Origin: a candidate division FCPU426 bacterium
Lineage (GTDB): Bacteria; Oederibacteriota; PGYV01; Palsa-1178
Assembly: GCA_963840035.1 (NCBI GenBank)
Contig: CAWIXE010000002.1
Span: 288,001 to 352,000 of the forward strand
Reading direction: 5' to 3'
DNA: 64,000 nucleotides
Part shown: piece by piece, positions 1 to 11,927 of the stretch
Layout: every line of letters starts with the position of its first letter
Position numbering within the stretch: the first letter of the stretch is position 1
Program-made: the position numbers and the translations under genes
The notes under the pieces: generated by a model
Seen by the model: the letters and a program-made list of their open reading frames with translations, nothing else
What the model was told of the DNA's origin: nothing
Databases searched by the model: none

Positions 1-1
1 C

Positions 2-520
<519 letters not shown>

Positions 521-527
521 AACGGCA

Positions 528-555
528 GGGAATGGGTAATGGGGAATCGGGAATA
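528..555. repeat. Heptamer tandem repeat arm GGGAATN x4
   Basis: gggaatg ggtaatg gggaatc gggaata. Confidence 0.7.
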
Positions 556-606
556 AAAACGTGAAAGAACGATTCGGCTTTTGTCGAGGGATAAATCGTT
601 CAGGCA

Positions 607-639
607 CCGGTAGCCGCAGCCTTCAGGCTGCGATAGGCA
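607..639. repeat. GTAG-type REP-like palindrome, family A
   Basis: GTAGCCGCAGCCTTCAGGCTGCG; near-identical copy at 9337-9369, related copies at 53455 and 57182. Confidence 0.85.
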
Positions 640-708
640 GGATTTGCCCTGTATGGCGGCCTGTGTTACTTCCGGTTTGTCGATTGATACTTTTTCGGGG
701 GTTAAAGT

Positions 709-1266
709 ATGCAGGTAAAAGGCGTGAGCGTGGCAGCGACAAGGGAGTTTGTAAAGTCAAGGTTTGAGGACGCGGGGTATGAAAAATGGCTTGCAGCCAT
801 GCCTGCCGCGTCAAAGAAAATATTTGACAGCCCGATTCTGGCCTCTGAATGGTATGAGCCTGCCGCGGCATTTCAGGAGCCGACAAAGGCCGTGTGCGCC
901 GCGTTTTACGGCGGGGACCTCTCGGGCGCGCGCGAACTGGGCAAGTTCGCGGCTGTTTACTCCATGAAAGGCATTTATAAGATATTTATGAAAGTGGCCT
1001 CGGTTACTTTTGTCCTTGAAAGAGCCGGGCAGATATTTACGTCCTACTACAAACCGAGCGCGATTTCCGTGACAACCCACGGGGATAAAGCCGTGACTTT
1101 AAGCGTCACGCAGTTTGAAGGCATGACCGCTTATGTGGAAGCCAGGATAGGCGGGTGGCTTGAAGGCGTTCTGGAAATGTGCGCGAGGAAGGAAATAAAG
1201 GTAATTACGAAAAAGTCCATGTCAAAAGGCGACAAGGCTACGGATTTTTATATGGAGTGGAAGTAA
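709..1266 (+). CDS. Hypothetical protein, possibly DUF2378/TIGR02265-like (V4R/H-NOX-like)
   Basis: 185 aa; VKG start, ILASEWY, IGGWLEGVLE and terminal EWK resemble this family; family call uncertain. Confidence 0.6.
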   Translation: MQVKGVSVAATREFVKSRFEDAGYEKWLAAMPAASKKIFDSPILASEWYEPAAAFQEPTKAVCAAFYGGDLSGARELGKFAAVYSMKGIYKIFMKVASVTFVLERAGQIFTSYYKPSAISVTTHGDKAVTLSVTQFEGMTAYVEARIGGWLEGVLEMCARKEIKVITKKSMSKGDKATDFYMEWK

Positions 1267-1272
1267 AACGGA

Positions 1273-1421
1273 GTCGCAAGACCCAAGACCCAGGGCCCAA
1301 GTCACGATGCCTAAGCCGGGTTTATGTAAAAATATATTGTAAAATACCGTTGAAATGATAAAATTATCAAGATTTTCAGGATTAAGACTCAATATTTACT
1401 TGGGTCTTGGGTCATGAGACT
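1273..1421. repeat. Heptamer hairpin element GACCCAA-type x5 ... TTGGGTC-type x3 enclosing the leuS upstream region
   Basis: gtcgcaa gacccaa gacccag ggcccaa gtcacga ... ttgggtc ttgggtc atgagac. Confidence 0.75.
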
Positions 1422-1451
1422 ATTTTTTTCAGACTATTATTCGGAGGCGTT

Positions 1452-3941
<2,490 letters not shown>

Positions 3942-3944
3942 GAT

Positions 3945-4035
3945 CAGCTTAAAACTGAAAGTTTAAAATTTAAAGTTGAGGCAGAGATTTGTTCCGGTAT
4001 CAACTTTCACTTTTCAGTTTTAAATTTTAAGTTAA
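3945..4035. repeat. Heptamer hairpin element (TGAAAGY/TAAAAYT family)
   Basis: ttaaaac tgaaagt ttaaaat ttaaagt tga ... tcaactttcacttttcagttttaaattttaagtt. Confidence 0.8.
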
Positions 4036-4047
4036 ACGGAGGTTTTT

Positions 4048-4560
4048 ATGAAAAAAGTGTTTTTAGCGGTGCTTGCAGTTGTTGCTTCACTAGGTCTTGT
4101 GTCCTGCGCGGGTTACTCTCCCCAGGTCCAGTTTCCATCCTACATCACAAAAGTGGCGGTGCCGATATTCGCCAACAAAACGGACCGTTTCGGCATGGAG
4201 CAGTACGTGACACAGAAAACCATTGACCAGTTTATTTCAGACGGAAAGGTGTCAATCGCCGATGAACAGTCCGCTGACGCCGTTGTTAAGTGCGCCATAG
4301 AGCAGTACGTGCTTATGCCCACCAGGTATGACACGAACCAGGTGCCTCAGGAATACAGGCTTAAAATCACGGTGTCGCTCTTTTTCTTCGACAACAAGAA
4401 CCAGAGGAAACTCTGGGAAGAACCGAAGTTATGGGAAGACACCACATACTATGTTGTAAACAGCCTCGGCATGCCGGCTGAAACGGAAGAGATGGCAAGG
4501 AACAGGCTTTTAGACAAACTTGCCGAAAGGGTATTTAGAAGGGTGATATACGGGTGGTAA
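4048..4560 (+). CDS. lptE: LPS-assembly lipoprotein LptE
   Basis: Lipobox LVSC-AGY, VAVPIFANKT motif, conserved leuS-lptE-holA order. Confidence 0.8.
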   Translation: MKKVFLAVLAVVASLGLVSCAGYSPQVQFPSYITKVAVPIFANKTDRFGMEQYVTQKTIDQFISDGKVSIADEQSADAVVKCAIEQYVLMPTRYDTNQVPQEYRLKITVSLFFFDNKNQRKLWEEPKLWEDTTYYVVNSLGMPAETEEMARNRLLDKLAERVFRRVIYGW

Positions 4561-4561
4561 T

Positions 4562-5125
4562 ATGAGGAAACAATTTGCTGCAGCGCTCATCATAGCGGCG
4601 TTTTGCGCGCCGGTTTTTGCCGGCGAAGCGGGCGGGTTCATTCCCGGGCATATTACCACGTGCCATGCCTTTATAAACGGCTACCCCGCGGACACCACAA
4701 ACTGGTTCTTCCGCGCGCAGCATAAGGTGGTGCAGTACTGGGCGTATTTCCTTTTCCCTTCGGGCAAGGAAATAGCCGCCGCTAAATCAAAGAACTACCT
4801 GTTTATTAACCCGTATGAGCTGTACTCCGGCGCCGGCAAATTCAAGGATGAAAACAACTATGTCTTTGAGAACAGGTGGATATCCCCGTCAGGCAAAACC
4901 ATAGCGGAGAAAGTCTACTCCTGGAATAAAACCTCGGCCACTGATAAGATTACGATAGACAACAGGAATTATGTTTCATACGCGTTTATTAATTATGTGG
5001 GTATCGCCCAGATGTTCAAGGAAAACGGCCAGGAAAGGCTGCCGGACGAAGTGGGGCTTTACCATATTAACCTTTACATAAACGGCGAACTGGCGGCGGT
5101 TACTTTTTTTGAGATGAAAGACTGA
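4562..5125 (+). CDS. Secreted hypothetical protein
   Basis: Signal peptide ending VFA; starts 1 nt after the lptE stop. Confidence 0.75.
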   Translation: MRKQFAAALIIAAFCAPVFAGEAGGFIPGHITTCHAFINGYPADTTNWFFRAQHKVVQYWAYFLFPSGKEIAAAKSKNYLFINPYELYSGAGKFKDENNYVFENRWISPSGKTIAEKVYSWNKTSATDKITIDNRNYVSYAFINYVGIAQMFKENGQERLPDEVGLYHINLYINGELAAVTFFEMKD

Positions 5126-5132
5126 TAAAGGC

Positions 5133-5253
5133 AGCTGAAAATTGAAAGTTTAAAATTGAAAGCTGGAACAAAGAAAATCAAAAACTGACAACTAAAAGCT
5201 GAAAGCGGGGACTATCGCCTCCACTTTCAGCTTTCAATTTTAAGTTTTCAGTT
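5133..5253. repeat. Heptamer hairpin element (TGAAAGY family), two forward arms and one inverted arm
   Basis: gctgaaaattgaaagtttaaaattgaaagctgg ... ccactttcagctttcaattttaagttttcagtt. Confidence 0.8.
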
Positions 5254-5265
5254 AAAAGGTGACAT

Positions 5266-6249
5266 TTGGCAACGAAGTATATCAAAACAGCAAAACCAGA
5301 GCAGTACTACGTCGTCGCGGGGGAGGATGATTTCTTCCGCAGGGAGTTCATAAGGGAACTGCTTGATAACTTCCTAAAAAAAGACGTGGATGAGACTTCC
5401 ATAGAGAACTTTGATTTTTCCGAAAAGGCCGCGGCGCCTCCGGTGGAGGCTTTAATAGAAGCCGCTTCGACCCAGCCTTTTTTTACCCCGAAAAAATTCG
5501 TCGTGGTCAGGGAATTTACAAAACTCTTAAAGGATGACATGGAAAAACTCACCGCGTTCCTGCCGGATGTGCCGGAATTCACTTTTCTGGTGCTGGGGAC
5601 AAGCGAGTCGGGAAAGAGGGTCTCGGACCTGGGCATTCCCGCTAAAAACTTCATAAACCTGCAATCCACAGCGGAAGCCGACATCCGCATGTGGGCAAAG
5701 AACCATTTAAAGGAACAGGGCAAGGAAATAGACCCCGAGGTGCTTGAATATGTCATCGCGGAAGCAAACTCCGACCCGGGCATTATCAGGGGGGAGATAG
5801 AGAAGATGCTCCTGGTCACAGGCGACAGAAGCGTAATTGGCAGGGAAGATTTCGAGAAGATAAGGGGCACGGAAAAAGGCTCCAGCATATATGAACTCAC
5901 CGACGCCATAAGCGCGAGGGATAAGAAAAAGGCGTTCATAACCCTGGAGAAAATATACGATGACTCGTCGCCTGAAATGATACTGGCCTTTATTTTTAAC
6001 GAGATAAAGAAGATGTACGTCTTTAAGTATTTCCTCTCGACAGGCCAGGTCAGCAAGGCCTTCAGGTTCGCCTTTACCAAAGACTCAAACGAAGCCATAA
6101 GAAGGGCAAAAGAATTCGCAAAACCCCCGTACATAGACATCCTGACCATAATAAAGGAAACGGATAAAAAAATTAAGCTCTCGGGAAGGGATAAGGCGAA
6201 AACGCTGCTTTATGTGATGATAGAGCGGATTTTAACGAGGGTGGGTTAA
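5266..6249 (+). CDS. holA: DNA polymerase III delta subunit
   Basis: YVVAGEDDF, QPFFTPKKFVVV, EIEKM, IYELTDAI; synteny with leuS-lptE and rpsT. Confidence 0.9.
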   Translation: MATKYIKTAKPEQYYVVAGEDDFFRREFIRELLDNFLKKDVDETSIENFDFSEKAAAPPVEALIEAASTQPFFTPKKFVVVREFTKLLKDDMEKLTAFLPDVPEFTFLVLGTSESGKRVSDLGIPAKNFINLQSTAEADIRMWAKNHLKEQGKEIDPEVLEYVIAEANSDPGIIRGEIEKMLLVTGDRSVIGREDFEKIRGTEKGSSIYELTDAISARDKKKAFITLEKIYDDSSPEMILAFIFNEIKKMYVFKYFLSTGQVSKAFRFAFTKDSNEAIRRAKEFAKPPYIDILTIIKETDKKIKLSGRDKAKTLLYVMIERILTRVG

Positions 6250-6254
6250 GTGCT

Positions 6255-6380
6255 GAATTACTAATTACAAATTACTGATTACTAATGAAAATCTGCAAAC
6301 AAACCTATTAAAATAAAAAACCGCGGCGCGAGCCGCGGTTTTCCTTTATTAGTAATTTGTCATTAGTAATTAGTAATTAT
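6255..6380. repeat. Heptamer hairpin element AATTACT x4 ... AGTAATT x4 enclosing a terminator
   Basis: aattact aattaca aattact gattact aat ... attagtaatttgtcattagtaattagtaatt. Confidence 0.85.
6315..6342. terminator. Bidirectional intrinsic terminator between convergent holA and rpsT
   Basis: aaaaaa ccgcggc gcga gccgcgg tttt. Confidence 0.85.
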
Positions 6381-6625
6381 TTTTTACCGGCCCTTTTCGC
6401 GGCGCGCGCTTTATACCTGTCGCCTGTGTTCTTTTTCAGAATGCCGGACTGTACTGCTTTGTCCACGACCGAGTATACTTTAGGAAGCATTTTTGTCGCT
6501 TCTTCAGGCGTGACGGTTCTGAGTTTTTTCAATATGTTGCGGACCTGGGATACTACGCCTTTCCTTCTTTCGGTCCTTTTTACCGTTTTCCTTAAGTCCT
6601 TTATTGAAGCTTTTAAATTAGGCAT
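6377..6625 (-). CDS. rpsT: 30S ribosomal protein S20
   Basis: MPNLKASIK...VDKAVQSGILKKNTGDRYKAR; basic 82 aa; RBS GGAG-AGG. Confidence 0.95.
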   Translation of the reverse strand: MPNLKASIKDLRKTVKRTERRKGVVSQVRNILKKLRTVTPEEATKMLPKVYSVVDKAVQSGILKKNTGDRYKARAAKRAGKK

Positions 6626-6658
6626 TTCCTACCTCCGTAGATTTGAAATAATGAAAAG

Positions 6659-6687
6659 ATTCTAATATATATAAGGCTTATTGTCAA
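6659..6687 (-). promoter_or_regulatory. sigma70 promoter of rpsT
   Basis: TTGACA-17-TAGAAT on minus strand. Confidence 0.7.
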
Positions 6688-6853
6688 CTTGAAAAACGTG
6701 TTTATCACCATATAAAACCGCGGGTTTAATGGTATCAAGGGGCGGATATTTGGTAAAAAAAGTTGATAACCCGTTATTTTACTATATAATTATGTATATA
6801 AGGCTGGATTATCATACCCGGAACACTGCAAACTCTCATAAAGGAGCATAATT

Positions 6854-7594
6854 GTGAAAAAACCATTATTTATTGCAATTAGCCTGTTTTTGTTCTTTTT
6901 GTCCGTGCCCCTGTCAGCGGATTTCCGTTATTACTCCTGGACATATCAGTTTGTTACCATGCCGCCCGGGGCCATTGAACTTGAGGTAAATAATACCTAC
7001 ACTGAGCCTAAAAAAGGGGTTTACTCTTCCGGTTACTGGGAAAGGCAGTATGAGATAGAGACCGGGCTGCTCGACAGGGTGGATTTTTCATTTTACATGA
7101 CTGACGCGAGGGTGACACCGGATGACATGATGAATACCACGGAGATAAAACTGCGCTCGCGCATCAAGCTTACTGAAAAAAAGGATGACTTTTTTGTGGA
7201 TCCGCTGTTGTATATTGAGTACAGGTTCAGGCAGAACAGGCGTTTGCCTGATACGTGGGAAATAAGGGGAGTTATAGCGAAAGATATGGGCCCGCTGCAT
7301 TCGGCGATAAACCTTTTTGCCGAAGAGGTAATAACGCATGAGGGCAGGTCAAAAAAATTTAATCCGGGATATGCCGCGGGTGTATCTTACGCGGTAATTG
7401 GGGACAGGCTCAGGCTGGGAATTGAAAGCACCGGCGATTTTAACAGCCAAAAGTATTTCCTGGGGCCGGCTGTTTCCTATAAAGGCAGGCACCTCTGGGC
7501 TGTGCTGACCCCGGCATTCGGCCTGACAGACAAGTCGGATTATATAAAGGTCCAGTTCGTTATAGGCGTGGTATTTGACATGCCGGAACAGTAA
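6854..7594 (+). CDS. Secreted, probable outer-membrane beta-barrel protein
   Basis: Signal peptide; alternating aromatic beta-strand pattern; RBS AAGGAG. Confidence 0.65.
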   Translation: MKKPLFIAISLFLFFLSVPLSADFRYYSWTYQFVTMPPGAIELEVNNTYTEPKKGVYSSGYWERQYEIETGLLDRVDFSFYMTDARVTPDDMMNTTEIKLRSRIKLTEKKDDFFVDPLLYIEYRFRQNRRLPDTWEIRGVIAKDMGPLHSAINLFAEEVITHEGRSKKFNPGYAAGVSYAVIGDRLRLGIESTGDFNSQKYFLGPAVSYKGRHLWAVLTPAFGLTDKSDYIKVQFVIGVVFDMPEQ

Positions 7595-7617
7595 AAGCGC
7601 GTTTACAAAAATCCCCT

Positions 7618-7643
7618 GTAGGGGCGGCCCCATGTGGCCGCCC
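7618..7643. repeat. GTAG-type REP-like palindrome, family B
   Basis: GTAGGGGCGGCC ccatgt GGCCGCCC; related to 30321-30391. Confidence 0.75.
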
Positions 7644-7702
7644 GAAACGCCGGATGCTTGTTCCTTAAAACGTAACTGAATATTTGAAAATGCCGATAAT
7701 TC

Positions 7703-7731
7703 TTGCCCGTTTTCCGCCTTTGTTATATAAT
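7703..7731 (+). promoter_or_regulatory. sigma70 promoter
   Basis: TTGCCC-17-TATAAT. Confidence 0.55.
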
Positions 7732-7766
7732 AAGGAACATTTTACATCAAAATATAAGGTGGTAAT

Positions 7767-8438
7767 ATGGCAAAGATAAAGAAGGGAAAGGCCGGAAAGA
7801 AATCCGCAGGCGAGGCGCTTTTCATAGCGAAACTTAATATCCTCGATGTCATTACACTTTCAGGGATGCTTCTGGCTCTGACATCCATTCTCCACTCGCA
7901 CTACAGCAGGCTTGAGAACGCGCTGGCTTTCATGTTTGTGGCCATGCTGGTGGACAGCCTTGACAGGGAATTCGCGAAGGCGCTTAAAATGGAAAGGCTC
8001 TTCGGCCGCTTCCTGGACGGATTCATTGACCTTCTTGTTTATATAATAGCGCCGGCCGTCTTCTTTTATTATTTCGGGTTTGAAAGGGTGCACATAGTAT
8101 GGATGCTGCTTTTATACGGCGCGTGCGGCGTGGTCAGGCTTTCTGTTTATGACCAGGTGGGGGATATTAAGCTGGATAAGAATAAACTGGCATACATGGG
8201 CATGCCGGTTTACTGGTCGCATGTCATAGCCGCGGTTTTCTACGGGTTGTCCTATATCTGGAAAGGCGACGCCGTCGTGTTCACCGCAGGCGCGGTCATG
8301 CTGATTTACGCGTTCTTAATGGTGCTCAACAGGCCTTTCCCGCAGATAAAGTCAAAACCGTATATGTATGTCATTCTCGCGGGATTGATAGCGTTCTTTT
8401 TCTGGCTTGGAGCCACAAAAGGACAGCCGCTGTTTTGA
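7767..8438 (+). CDS. CDP-alcohol phosphatidyltransferase family (PssA-like)
   Basis: DxxD..A...GxxxDxxxD motif (DSLDREFAK...GRFLDGFID), multiple TM helices, YMGMPV. Confidence 0.8.
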   Translation: MAKIKKGKAGKKSAGEALFIAKLNILDVITLSGMLLALTSILHSHYSRLENALAFMFVAMLVDSLDREFAKALKMERLFGRFLDGFIDLLVYIIAPAVFFYYFGFERVHIVWMLLLYGACGVVRLSVYDQVGDIKLDKNKLAYMGMPVYWSHVIAAVFYGLSYIWKGDAVVFTAGAVMLIYAFLMVLNRPFPQIKSKPYMYVILAGLIAFFFWLGATKGQPLF

Positions 8439-8653
8439 TAGAAGCCATATTCGTTAAAACTTGCGATTTAAACCTGCCGCGCGGGGCAATCAATTTAAAA
8501 ACCATATCAATCACATTGCTTTTTGTTTCTTTGGATTTTCAGGCCGTGGAACTTTGAATGAATATTTAATAATGAAAGTGCGCAATGGGCTGCGCGCTTT
8601 GCGCGGTGTGAACCACAAGTCATAAATAACCCCCTTATAACACGTTGTTTTTG

Positions 8654-8669
8654 CGGCATGCTATTTGCT
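8654..8669 (+). promoter_or_regulatory. sigma54 (-24/-12) promoter candidate
   Basis: CGGCATGCTATTTGCT: GG-N10-GC with GGCA and TTGC cores. Confidence 0.6.
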
Positions 8670-8782
8670 CTTATATGTTAAAACAACGGAGGTGGGGTAT
8701 GGAAAGAATGACAGGTTACGCGCAGGGCAAAAAGATGAAATCACGCGCTTATCTACGGGGAAAAATTAAAGCGGGGGCAAAA

Positions 8783-9304
8783 ATGAAGAAGATAATATCA
8801 ATTGCAATGACGGTGATTATTTTGTTACTGTCATCAGGATGCGCTACTTTTACAAACAAGGAAACAGGGCGGCAGGAAGTTGTGGTAAAAAGCGACGCCA
8901 TAGCGCCTGTTGAGATTATTTCCGCCCTGGGCGGTTTGACTTTAGGCGGGATAATGGCTTCGCAAACCGGTTCCGGACTTGGCCAGGCAGGCTTGGTTTT
9001 GGGTACCGGGCTGTTTTTCTATGGATTTGGCAGTATGATGGTTGCGAATTCATACAAAGATCAATACCGCAATACAGCGATTTTGTCCGGCTACCTGGCG
9101 GGCATGGCGGCCGGAATAGGCGCAGCCATATATGAAGGAAATGACATGGTTAAAAATGGCGGGTCTATCGGCGGAGTTATGGCGTTCGTAGTCAGCCCTT
9201 TCATCATAGCAGGCTGCGCGTTTATCGGCGCGGGGCTCGGCAATGTTGCAGGGCATGTCATGGATATTTTTAACGGAGGAACAGGGGAAGGCAAAGCTAA
9301 TTAA
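8783..9304 (+). CDS. Gly-rich membrane lipoprotein (glycine-zipper-like)
   Basis: MKKII...SSGC lipobox, GxxxG hydrophobic helices; alternative in-frame ATG at 8699 with a strong RBS. Confidence 0.7.
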   Translation: MKKIISIAMTVIILLLSSGCATFTNKETGRQEVVVKSDAIAPVEIISALGGLTLGGIMASQTGSGLGQAGLVLGTGLFFYGFGSMMVANSYKDQYRNTAILSGYLAGMAAGIGAAIYEGNDMVKNGGSIGGVMAFVVSPFIIAGCAFIGAGLGNVAGHVMDIFNGGTGEGKAN

Positions 9305-9336
9305 TAATAGCCCCTTCGTTAGGCTCTGTTATTGTC

Positions 9337-9436
9337 CCGGTAGCCGCAGCCTTCAGGCTGCGAAAGGCAAGTTTTGTTTTCACAGCCTGTAATTAGTGAC
9401 ACCAGGTTTTTGTAGAGCCGCTGCCTGCTGCGGCTC
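9337..9436. repeat. REP-like family A copy plus a second GTAG palindrome (9412-9436)
   Basis: ccgGTAGCCGCAGCCTTCAGGCTGCG; GTAGAGCCGC tgcctgct GCGGCTC. Confidence 0.8.
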
Positions 9437-9469
9437 AAAGCAGGCGCTAAAGCCTGTCAGGAGGGGGAT

Positions 9470-9823
9470 ATGAAAAAAATTACCATAATAATCGTGGCTG
9501 TTATGATCTTATCTGTATTTTCAGGCTGCGCCACTTTTCGCGAGGTCCCGGGGGAAAAACTAACGCAAAAAGAGGAAACATTGAGAAGTGTATACAAGGC
9601 TTCGGTTATTACCGGAGCGGGTATCGGGCTGATAGCGGGAATTGTGGGGGCGTGTACCTATAAGCCGTCTGTCTGGTTCAGACCGCCGCAGTGGTCCGTG
9701 TTTGCCATAGAAATACCGGTAATGACCTGTTTTGGATGGCTTGTGGGTACAGGTGTTGGGGCGGTTACATATGAGCTGGGCAAGGGAGCGGAGTTAAGGC
9801 AGGAAACAACTGCCAATGAATGA
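9470..9823 (+). CDS. Gly-rich membrane lipoprotein with an N-terminus similar to the 8783 gene
   Basis: MKKI...SGCATF shared with the upstream gene; GxxxG helices. Confidence 0.7.
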   Translation: MKKITIIIVAVMILSVFSGCATFREVPGEKLTQKEETLRSVYKASVITGAGIGLIAGIVGACTYKPSVWFRPPQWSVFAIEIPVMTCFGWLVGTGVGAVTYELGKGAELRQETTANE

Positions 9824-9914
9824 TGAAAAGGCCGGTTAAATTTCCTGCCGCGGCGAAGGACTTAAAACGTAAATTCCTCTTTTAATACACAACTCTTTCA
9901 TATATAATACCTGC

Positions 9915-11580
9915 ATGCCAATAATACACAAACTAAAAACAGACATCAAAGACGCCATAAAGGAAAAGACCGGAATTGACGCCGCTGAAGGGTCGTTTCA
10001 GCTTACCCCTCCGCCTGCCAACCAGCCGGGGCATTTCGGCACAAACGCCGCCATGGCAATCGCCAAACAGCTCAAAAAGAACCCCTTTGACATAGCCTCT
10101 GACTTAGCCGCATGCCTTAAATCAAAAGACTACATAACTGAAGCTGAGGCCATACGGCCCGGGTATGTGAATATCACCCTGAAAAGCGCCGCGTACAGCG
10201 CGGAACTTGCGGCGGCACTTTCCGATAATTCATTTTTCAGGAACAATTCCGGAAACGGAAAATCAATTAATATGGAATTTGTCTCGGCCAACCCGGTGGG
10301 GCCGCTTAATATTGTCAGCGGCAGGGCGGCGGCTTACGGCGATACGCTGGCGAACATCCTTGATTACTCCGGTTATAAGGTCACGAGGGAAACATACGTA
10401 AATGATTTCGGAAGGCAGATGCATTTATTCGCGCTCTCCCTCATGGCGCGTTACCTCCAGCTCTACGGCAATAATATAAGCGTGCCCGAAGAAGGTTACC
10501 AGGGCGAATACGTCACTGAAGTGGCAAAGGCGTTCAAGGAAGAGAAAGGCGACGGTTATTTTAAGGCCCTCGGGGAAGTAACGGAACTTGAGAAGTGCGT
10601 GAAGTATGACGACTTCAGGGCTTTCGGGTTAAAGCATATCCTGGCGTGGCAGAAAAAGACCCTTGAGAATTTTGGGGTGAAGTTTGATGTCTGGTTTTCT
10701 GAGACACTGCTCCACACTAATAAGGAAGTAGACGCCGCCTTTAAGATAATAGAATCGCGGGGCCTGTTCTTTGAGCAGGAAGGCGCTACATGGTTTAGGA
10801 CCACGGATTTCGGGGACGATAAGGACAGGGTGGTAAAAAAGTCCGACGGAGACTACACGTATTTTGCCTCTGATATAGCGTATGTACAGAATAAGGTGAA
10901 AAGAGGGGCGGACATAGTCATAAATATACTCGGCCCCGACCACCACGGGTATGTAAAAAGGCTCGAGTCCATCATGCAGGGGCTTGGCTATGATAAGGAA
11001 CGCATTAAGGTCATAATCCTACAGCAGGTAAACCTCATTGAGGCCGGGGAAAAGATGAAGATGTCCAAGAGGGCGGGTAATTTTGTCTCGCTTGATGAAT
11101 TATTGGAAAGCGTGGGCAAGGACGCGTCCCGTTATTTCTTCGTTATGAGGAACTATACGTCACATCTTGATTTTGACATACAGCTTGCCAAGGAACAGTC
11201 GGATAAAAATCCTGTATTCTACATACAGTACGCGTACGCGCGCATATGCTCCATATTTGTAAACGCCGGGGTAAAGCCGGCGGAAGTTAAGGCCGAAGGC
11301 GTTGATTTCTCAGTCCTTGAAAAAGAGGAGCTTGATATAATCCGCAGGATAATTTCACTGCCGGATGACATAAAAGACGCGGCTGATAAATACACTCCGT
11401 CAGGCCTTGTGCAGGCTGTCTTTGACATGGCAGGCGCCTTTCATACTTTCTACAACAAACACCGCGTCATCATAGATGATAAGGCTGTAATGGGGAAGAG
11501 ACTCTACATCATGGCCGCGCTGAAAAAGGCTTTTGACACATGCTTCGCGCTTCTGGGGATTACGTTAGAAGAAAATGTAA
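9915..11580 (+). CDS. argS: Arginine--tRNA ligase (probable +1 insertion just before the true end; ORF as read runs to 11600)
   Basis: MEFVSANPVGPL, GDDKDRV, KMSKRAG, YIQYAYARICSI; ATG TAA at 11575-11580 would give the usual EKM* ending. Confidence 0.95.
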
Positions 11581-11700
11581 TTTTCAATTTTCAATTTTAG
11601 ATTTTCAATTGAAACCATGTTTTATAATCTAATATCAACATATGGCAGTAGTCTTTGTTATGTACTTAATTGAAAATTGAAAATTTAGAATTGAAAATTC
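11580..11700. repeat. Heptamer hairpin element TTTTCAA x4 ... TTGAAAA x4
   Basis: attttcaattttcaattttagattttcaatt ... aattgaaaattgaaaatttagaattgaaaatt. Confidence 0.9.
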
Positions 11701-11775
11701 ATCCCTGATTAACCACTTAATCAAAAACCTCCAAAAATTAAAAATCAACCTTTTTGTTTCACGTTAAACTTTTTA

Positions 11776-11801
11776 CGAAAGCGATTGCGAAAGCGGTTGT
11801 A
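11776..11801. promoter_or_regulatory. Two overlapping LacI-type operator candidates
   Basis: CGAAAGCGATTGCG and CGAAAGCGGTTGTA (AAnCGnTT core) just upstream of a promoter. Confidence 0.45.
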
Positions 11802-11824
11802 GATATTTCGTAAACACCCCATTT

Positions 11825-11853
11825 TTGACAAAAACAAACGTGTGTGAGATATT
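11825..11853 (+). promoter_or_regulatory. sigma70 promoter
   Basis: TTGACA-17-GATATT. Confidence 0.55.
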
Positions 11854-11927
11854 ACATATGGGGGAAGAGGTGTTTTTTTTTGGCTTCTTATTTAAATGTT
11901 TAAATAGACTAAAAAAGGAGAAAAACA

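Noticed and set aside
1267..1451. T-box or other riboswitch upstream of leuS (and argS)
   Set aside because: No T-box consensus or leader terminator seen; the region is occupied by repeat arms and AT-rich promoter DNA
5307..6149. 280-aa antisense ORF (also 22007-22744, 61097-61720)
   Set aside because: Fully overlaps well-supported + strand genes; no recognisable motifs
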